From contig NZ_CANMSY010000008.1 of NCBI RefSeq assembly GCF_947500705.1, positions 66,159 to 130,158 of the forward strand: DNA of 64,000 nt, written 5' to 3'. How positions within the stretch are numbered: position 1 is the stretch's first letter; each line of letters opens with the position of its first letter. The position numbers were made by a program, and so were the translations under genes. Shown one piece after another: positions 57,668 to 64,000 of this stretch. Origin of the DNA: an uncultured Brachybacterium sp. Its GTDB lineage: Bacteria; Actinomycetota; Actinomycetes; Actinomycetales; Dermabacteraceae. A model generated the notes under the pieces. That model was not told where the DNA came from. It ran no database searches and saw only the letters and a list, made by a program, of their open reading frames with translations.

Positions 57668-58428
57668 TGACTGCCGTCGCTGAGAAGCCCGAGGTCGACG
57701 CGTCCGCGGGCGAGGTCCCCTCGTTCCAGGTCACCCTCCGCATCGCTCGCTTCAACCCCGAGGATGACAAGGGCACCCACTGGGAGGACTTCACCGTCAC
57801 CATGCACGGCACCGACCGGGTGCTGGATGCGATGCATGAGATCAAGTGGCACCTCGATGGGTCGCTCACCTTCCGCCGCTCCTGCGCGCACGGGATCTGC
57901 GGCTCGGACGCGATGCGGATCAACGGCCGCAACCGTCTGGCCTGCAAGACCCTGCTCAAGGATCTCGACATCAACAAGCCCATCACCGTCGAGCCCATCA
58001 AGGGGCTCCCGGTGGAGAAGGACCTGATCGTCGACATGGAGCCGTTCTTCGACTCCTACAAGGAGGTCATGCCGTTCCTGGTCGCCAAGGGCCAGGAGCC
58101 CAGCCGCGAACGGCTGCAGACCGCCGAGCAGCGCGAGCGCTTCGACGACACCACCAAGTGCATCCTCTGCGCCGCCTGCACCTCCTCGTGCCCAGTGTTC
58201 TGGACCGACGGGCAGTACTTCGGCCCCGCCGCGATCGTCAACGCGCACCGCTTCATCTTCGACTCGCGCGACGATGCCGGTGATCAGCGGCTGGAGATCC
58301 TGAATTCCAAGGAAGGCGTGTGGCGCTGCCGCACCACCTTCAACTGCACCGAGGCATGCCCCCGCGGCATCCAGGTCACCAAGGCGATCGCCGAGGTCAA
58401 GCAGGCTGTGATCCGCGGCCGCGTCTGA
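57667..58428 (+). CDS. sdhB: Succinate dehydrogenase Fe-S subunit
   Basis: RSCAHGICGSD, CILCAACTSSCP and CRTTFNCTEACP. Confidence 0.97.
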   Translation: MTAVAEKPEVDASAGEVPSFQVTLRIARFNPEDDKGTHWEDFTVTMHGTDRVLDAMHEIKWHLDGSLTFRRSCAHGICGSDAMRINGRNRLACKTLLKDLDINKPITVEPIKGLPVEKDLIVDMEPFFDSYKEVMPFLVAKGQEPSRERLQTAEQRERFDDTTKCILCAACTSSCPVFWTDGQYFGPAAIVNAHRFIFDSRDDAGDQRLEILNSKEGVWRCRTTFNCTEACPRGIQVTKAIAEVKQAVIRGRV

Positions 58429-58465
58429 CCGCCCCGCCCCGCGCGGGCCGACACACCCCGCGCCG

Positions 58466-58505
58466 CCCACGCGGGCGATCCGGCTCCCACGCGGGAAATC
58501 CGGCA
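58466..58505. repeat. 2 x 20-bp direct repeat (17/20 identical)
   Basis: CCCACGCGGGCGATCCGGCT and CCCACGCGGGAAATCCGGCA. Confidence 0.65.
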
Positions 58506-58508
58506 AGT

Positions 58509-58560
58509 AATGCGAGCTGAGGACCGATGCTCTTCTGAACATCGGTCCTCAGCTCGCATT
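58509..58560. repeat. Perfect 21-bp inverted repeat with a 10-nt loop (REP/MITE-like)
   Basis: AATGCGAGCTGAGGACCGATG-CTCTTCTGAA-CATCGGTCCTCAGCTCGCATT. Confidence 0.92.
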
Positions 58561-58567
58561 TCTCGTC

Positions 58568-58769
58568 GGCGGCGAGCCGACCTCGTGGTGCGGAAGTGCG
58601 CATCGGCGGCGACCACGGCGCCGGCCTCGTGTCGCACCGCGGTGCAGACGGCGTCGGTCTCCTGCCGGAGTGCGTCGATGAAGCAGGCGTTGGCGTTGCC
58701 CATGAGGCCGAAGACCTCATGGACGTGGCGGGCGAGTGTGCGGGCGACGTGGGTGGAGACGATGGCCAT
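58568..58769 (-). pseudogene. Truncated ThDP-dependent enzyme (acetolactate-synthase-like PYR domain) remnant
   Basis: SD GGAGG plus ATG; MAIVSTHVARTLARHVHEVFGLMGNANACFIDAL..AVRHEAGAVVAADAHFRTT; GRLAA follows in a shifted frame; the sequence then runs into the inverted repeat. Confidence 0.78.
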
Positions 58770-58987
58770 AGGGGTCCTCCGAGAGATATGCGAAGGCGTG
58801 TGCGCTCCGTATATGTCTCGCTCCGAGATCGCCCGGGGGTTCGTGCCCCTGGTGAGAGCACCGGCTGACGCTCCGCGATGAGCGCGCCTGACAGGGGGAC
58901 AGCAGCACCGGTCCCCTCGCACCGGAGCACGACAGGGCGCGAGCCGGTGTGCTCGGCAGCTCACGCCCTGCGTCGCTCGGAGTCAGC

Positions 58988-59809
58988 TCACGAGTAGCTG
59001 ACCACCAGCGGGGCGTGATCGGACCAGCGGGTGTCATAGCTCGGCGCACGATCCACCTGCGCGGACGATGCCTTCGCGGCGAGGCCCTCGGTGGCGAGCT
59101 GGTAGTCGATCCGCCAGCCTGCGTCGTTGTCGAAGGCCTTCCCCCGCTGCGACCACCAGGTGTACGGACCGGGGCCGTCACCATGGAGGGTGCGGTGCAC
59201 GTCCACGTAGCCCGCGGCGGTGGTGAGGCGATCGAGGTAGGCACGCTCCTCGGGCAGGAACCCTGCAGACTTCAGATTGCCCTTCCAGTTCTTGATGTCC
59301 CATTCGGTGTGGGCGATATTGATGTCGCCGGTGAGCACCACGTGCCGTCCTTCGCCCCTCAGAGTCTCCAGACGCTCCATCATCACGTCGAGGAACGCGT
59401 ACTTGTCGATCATCGTCTGCGGCTTCTCGGTGTTGCCCGAATGCACGTAGCAGGAGATCACCGTCATCGTGGTCCCGTCTCCCAGCGGGTCCTCGAGGTC
59501 GGCCTCGAGCCAGCGGCCGGTGTGGGCGTCCTCGTCGAGGCCGGGCAGGCCGCGGCGCACCCCGGCCAGGTCGATGCGTTCCAGGGAGGTGCGGGCAGCG
59601 ATCGCCACTCCGGCGCGGCCCTTCAGCTGCGAGGCCTCCCCCACGATGGACCAGCCCTCTCCCATGAGACCGGCGAGCAGCTCCTCCGGGGCGCGCACCT
59701 CCTGCAGGGTGATGACGTCCGCCGGGGTGGAGGAGAGCCAGTCGTCCATCCCCTTCCGTGCGGCGTCGCGCAGGCCGTTGACGTTGACGGTGGCGAGGAT
59801 CAGGCTCAT
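58988..59809 (-). CDS. xth: Exodeoxyribonuclease III / AP endonuclease
   Basis: [32 protein letters not shown] and SDHAP. Confidence 0.94.
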   Translation of the reverse strand: MSLILATVNVNGLRDAARKGMDDWLSSTPADVITLQEVRAPEELLAGLMGEGWSIVGEASQLKGRAGVAIAARTSLERIDLAGVRRGLPGLDEDAHTGRWLEADLEDPLGDGTTMTVISCYVHSGNTEKPQTMIDKYAFLDVMMERLETLRGEGRHVVLTGDINIAHTEWDIKNWKGNLKSAGFLPEERAYLDRLTTAAGYVDVHRTLHGDGPGPYTWWSQRGKAFDNDAGWRIDYQLATEGLAAKASSAQVDRAPSYDTRWSDHAPLVVSYS

Positions 59810-60705
59810 GCGGGCATCTCGATCCCGGCGGCGCGCTCGGCCGCCTCGACGACATTCTTCAGCAGCAGCGCACGCGTCATCGGCCCGACGCCTCCGGGGT
59901 TCGGGCTGATCCAGCCGGCGACCTCGCCCACCGCAGGATCCACATCACCCACGAGCTTCGCCTTGCCCCCCTCGGGGTCCTCCCGGCGGGAGACCCCGAC
60001 ATCGAGCACGATCGCGCCGGGCTTGACATCCTCGGCACGGACCAGATGCGCGGCACCGGCGGCGGCGATGATCACATCGGCACGGCGCAGGTGGGAGGGC
60101 AGGTCCGTGGTCCCGGTGTGGCACAGCGTGACGGTCGCGTTGTGCTCCCGACGAGTCAGCAGCGCACCGATCGAGCGGCCGACGGTGACGCCGCGGCCGA
60201 CGACCACCACGTCCTTGCCCCGGAAGTCCTGGCCATGGCGCTCCACCAGCTCGATCACGGCGCGCGGGGTGCAGGGCAGCGGGGTGTCGATCGCGGTGTA
60301 GGCGTTGAGGATCAGGCGCCCGAGGTTCGTCGGGTGCAGCCCGTCGGCATCCTTGGCCGGGTCGATCCGCTCGAGGATCGCAGCGGTGTCGATCTGCTTC
60401 GGCAGCGGGAGCTGCACGATGTACCCGGTGCAGGCGGGGTCGGCGTTGAGCTCATCGACGAGCGCCTCGACGTCCTCCTGGGTGGCGTCCGCCGGGAGGT
60501 GCTTCTGGATCGAGTTCAGCCCGATCTGCTCGCTGTCGCGATGCTTGCCGCGCACATAGGCGGCGCTGCCCGGATCATCACCCACCAGGACGGTCGCGAG
60601 GCCGGGGCGCTGCTGCCCACCCTCGACGAGTCGGGCGACGCGCTCGGCGAGCTCCTCCTTGATCGCTTTCGCGGTGGCCTTGCCGTCGAGGATCTGAGCC
60701 GTCAT
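59806..60705 (-). CDS. folD: Methylenetetrahydrofolate dehydrogenase/cyclohydrolase
   Basis: [23 protein letters not shown] and PGGVGPMT. Confidence 0.96.
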   Translation of the reverse strand: MTAQILDGKATAKAIKEELAERVARLVEGGQQRPGLATVLVGDDPGSAAYVRGKHRDSEQIGLNSIQKHLPADATQEDVEALVDELNADPACTGYIVQLPLPKQIDTAAILERIDPAKDADGLHPTNLGRLILNAYTAIDTPLPCTPRAVIELVERHGQDFRGKDVVVVGRGVTVGRSIGALLTRREHNATVTLCHTGTTDLPSHLRRADVIIAAAGAAHLVRAEDVKPGAIVLDVGVSRREDPEGGKAKLVGDVDPAVGEVAGWISPNPGGVGPMTRALLLKNVVEAAERAAGIEMPA

Positions 60706-60805
60706 GGTGCTCCTTGGGTTCTCTGGGGGTGATGGATGGTGCAGCAGCTGTGGCGGAGGGCCCCTGTCCCAGGACGCGGCGCAGGGACCGGGTGCAGGGA
60801 CACCA

Positions 60806-60836
60806 GTGGGGCCCGGCGCTGTGTGCCGGGCCCCAC
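60806..60836 (-). terminator. 12-bp-stem hairpin between glyA and folD
   Basis: GTGGGGCCCGGC-7nt-GCCGGGCCCCAC. Confidence 0.55.
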
Positions 60837-60844
60837 GGGGCTGC

Positions 60845-62113
60845 TCAGTACTGCTGGAGATCGGCGTACAGGGGCTTCGCCTCGGCCAGTGCAGCGGTGC
60901 GGGCACGCAACGACTCGATATCCGCGCCACCGGTCAGGGCCAGGGCGATGACATCGGCGACCTCGGTGAATTCTGCGGCGCCGAAACCGCGGGTGGCCAG
61001 CGCCGGGGTGCCGATGCGCAGGCCGGAGGTGACGCGCGGCGGGCGCGGGTCGTTGGGGACCGCATTGCGGTTCACCGTGATCCCGGCCTCGTGCAGGCGG
61101 TCCTCGGCCTGCTGGCCGTCGAGCTCGCTACCGGTGAGATCCACCAGCACCAGGTGCACATCGGTGCCCCCGGAGATCAGCTTCACGCCGGCCGCCTTGG
61201 CGTCCTCCGCCTGGAGTCGATCGGCGAGGATCTTCGCGCCTTCGAGGGTGCGGGCCTGACGGTCCTTGAAGTCTTCGGTGCCGGCGATCTTGAGCGCGAT
61301 GGCCTTCGCGGCGATGACGTGCATCAGCGGCCCGCCCTGCTGGCCGGGGAAGACGGCCGAGTCGATCTTCTTGGCCCACTTCTCCTTGCACAGGATCATG
61401 CCGGAGCGGGGCCCGCCGATGGTCTTGTGGATGGTGGTGGAGACGACGTCCGCGTAGGGGACGGGGCTGGGGTGCAGGCCCGCGGCGACCAGACCCGCGA
61501 AGTGCGCCATATCGACCCAGAGCACCGCACCGACCTCGTCGGCGATCTCGCGGAATGCAGCGAAGTCGAGCTGGCGGGTGTAGGCGGACCAGCCGGCGAC
61601 GATCACCTTGGGCTGCTCGGCGATGGCCAGCTCACGCACCTTGGCCATGTCGATCTGCCCGTTCTCGGGCTCGGTCTCGTAGGCGACGATGTCGTAGAGA
61701 CGGCCGGAGAAGTTGATCTTCATGCCGTGGGTGAGGTGGCCGCCGTGTGCCAGCGACAGGCCCATGAGCTTGTCACCGGGGCGGGCCAGGGCATGCATCA
61801 CCGCGGCGTTCGCCGAGGCGCCCGAGTGGGGCTGCACGTTGGCGTGCTCGGCGCCGAAGAGCTCCTTCGCACGGTCGATCGCGATCTGCTCGGCGACGTC
61901 GACCTCTTCGCAGCCGCCGTAGTAGCGGCGACCCGGGTAGCCCTCGGCGTACTTGTTCGTGAGCACGGATCCCTGCGCCTGCAGCACGGCGCGGGGAACG
62001 AAGTTCTCGCTCGCGATCATCTCGAGCGTGCGCTGCTGGCGCGCCAGCTCACGGTCGAGCACCTGGGCGATGTCCGGGTCGAGCTCGGAGATGGACTGGT
62101 CGAGGACGTTCAC
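60845..62113 (-). CDS. glyA: Serine hydroxymethyltransferase
   Basis: [21 protein letters not shown] and [14 protein letters not shown]. Confidence 0.97.
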   Translation of the reverse strand: MNVLDQSISELDPDIAQVLDRELARQQRTLEMIASENFVPRAVLQAQGSVLTNKYAEGYPGRRYYGGCEEVDVAEQIAIDRAKELFGAEHANVQPHSGASANAAVMHALARPGDKLMGLSLAHGGHLTHGMKINFSGRLYDIVAYETEPENGQIDMAKVRELAIAEQPKVIVAGWSAYTRQLDFAAFREIADEVGAVLWVDMAHFAGLVAAGLHPSPVPYADVVSTTIHKTIGGPRSGMILCKEKWAKKIDSAVFPGQQGGPLMHVIAAKAIALKIAGTEDFKDRQARTLEGAKILADRLQAEDAKAAGVKLISGGTDVHLVLVDLTGSELDGQQAEDRLHEAGITVNRNAVPNDPRPPRVTSGLRIGTPALATRGFGAAEFTEVADVIALALTGGADIESLRARTAALAEAKPLYADLQQY

Positions 62114-62199
62114 AGGGCCTCCTGCAGTGTTCGGGGCGGATGGGCGATGGACGCCGTCCGGCCATCTTAGGTCGCGGGAACGGATCCCGGCGGGGCGGC

Positions 62200-63323
<1,124 letters not shown>

Positions 63324-63327
<4 letters not shown>

Positions 63328-63806
63328 GCGGCATCGTTCCCGGTGCGCGCCTCTGCAGAGTCGGGGCCCGGGAGCGCAAGAGTGGCCCGGGCGCGCCCGA
63401 GCACCTTGGTGCCGTCGAACTCGGCGGTGAGGTCCACCCTTGCCGTGCGTGCGGCCTCGTCGATCGCTGCGACGACGGCGCTCACCTCGAGGACGGCCGC
63501 GCCGGTCGCGGGCACGGGGATCGGATTCGTGAAGCGAGTCGTGTAGGCCCGCACCGCGGTGGGATCCGCGATCGCGTCGAGCAGCCCGGTCACTGCGGTG
63601 CCCATGGTGAGCATGCCGTGGGCGATGACGCCCGGGAGCCCGGCCTCGGTCGCGACGGTGTCGTTGTAGTGGATCGGGTTGAAGTCCCCCGAGGCACCGG
63701 CATACCTCACGAGCGTGTCGCGGGTGATCTCGTGCCGGGTGCGGGCGAGCTCCTGGCCGACGACCAGGTCGGCGAGATCTACTGGGGTGGGCGTGGTGGC
63801 GGTCAT
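63324..63806 (-). CDS. MaoC-family (R)-hydratase/dehydratase (HadB-like)
   Basis: YAGASGDFNPIH and IAHGM. Confidence 0.9.
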
Positions 63807-63870
63807 GTCTGCTCCTGGATTCCGGGGAGGCGGGCGTGGCGAGGTTCGGCGCGGCGGGCGTGGACCAGGG

Positions 63871-64000
63871 TCAGGCGCCGCGGACGACGAGCATGCTACG
63901 CACGCTGGCGACATCGGTGCCGGCCTCATCGGCCAGGTCCACGCGGGTGGTGATCATCGAGTGGCCGCCGGCGGCTCGCACCGCCTCGACGGTGAGGGTC
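63871..64000 (-). CDS. 3' end of a MaoC-N/FAS1-like dehydratase (HadA-like), partial
   Basis: Manual translation ..TLTVEAVRAAGGHSMITTRVDLADEAGTDVASVRSMLVVRGA*; directly upstream of the MaoC gene. Confidence 0.7.
   Translation of the reverse strand, partial: TLTVEAVRAAGGHSMITTRVDLADEAGTDVASVRSMLVVRGA

Noticed and set aside
62114-62199. ZMP/ZTP riboswitch upstream of glyA
   Set aside because: Only about 50 nt between the TAAGAT -10 box and the start; the conserved pfl motif sequences are absent
63829-63863. GGCGGGCGTGG repeated twice between the two MaoC genes
   Set aside because: Two short GC-only copies are compatible with chance

Overview
High-GC actinobacterial chromosome. Gene content and order suggest Micrococcales, possibly Brachybacterium-like; this is an inference and was not database-checked. 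Positions 1-23.7 kb are an accessory surface-glycan locus. It holds a WbpA/B/E/D/I-like 2,3-diacetamido-uronic-acid pathway, at least 7 glycosyltransferases, a PglK/MsbA-like ABC flippase, an Asn-synthase-like amide ligase lacking the catalytic Cys1, an acyltransferase-3, and a PpgS-like GT2/DUF2304 pair with two DUF6541-like GT-C proteins. The rest (23.7-64 kb) is core housekeeping: purE/purK, a two-component system, adenylate cyclase, birA, acyl-CoA carboxylase genes, maf, lpdA, a nucleoside uptake/catabolism cluster, manC, sdhCDAB, xth, folD, glyA, murB and MaoC dehydratases. The most striking unexplained structure is a MIRU-like 54-bp tandem element at 48974-49148. It sits exactly at an ATGA stop/start junction of the nucleoside ABC operon, is flanked by an 11-bp direct repeat, and encodes a 55-aa peptide coupled to both neighbouring genes. 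Other oddities are a truncated, frameshifted ThDP-enzyme remnant ending at a perfect 21-bp inverted repeat, a repeat-dense intergenic block at 36.5 kb, a 9-bp VNTR next to (GGGGCC)4, a P-loop kinase-NUDIX fusion, a LacI-type palindrome and many leaderless promoters. No rRNA, tRNA, CRISPR array or transposase was seen.
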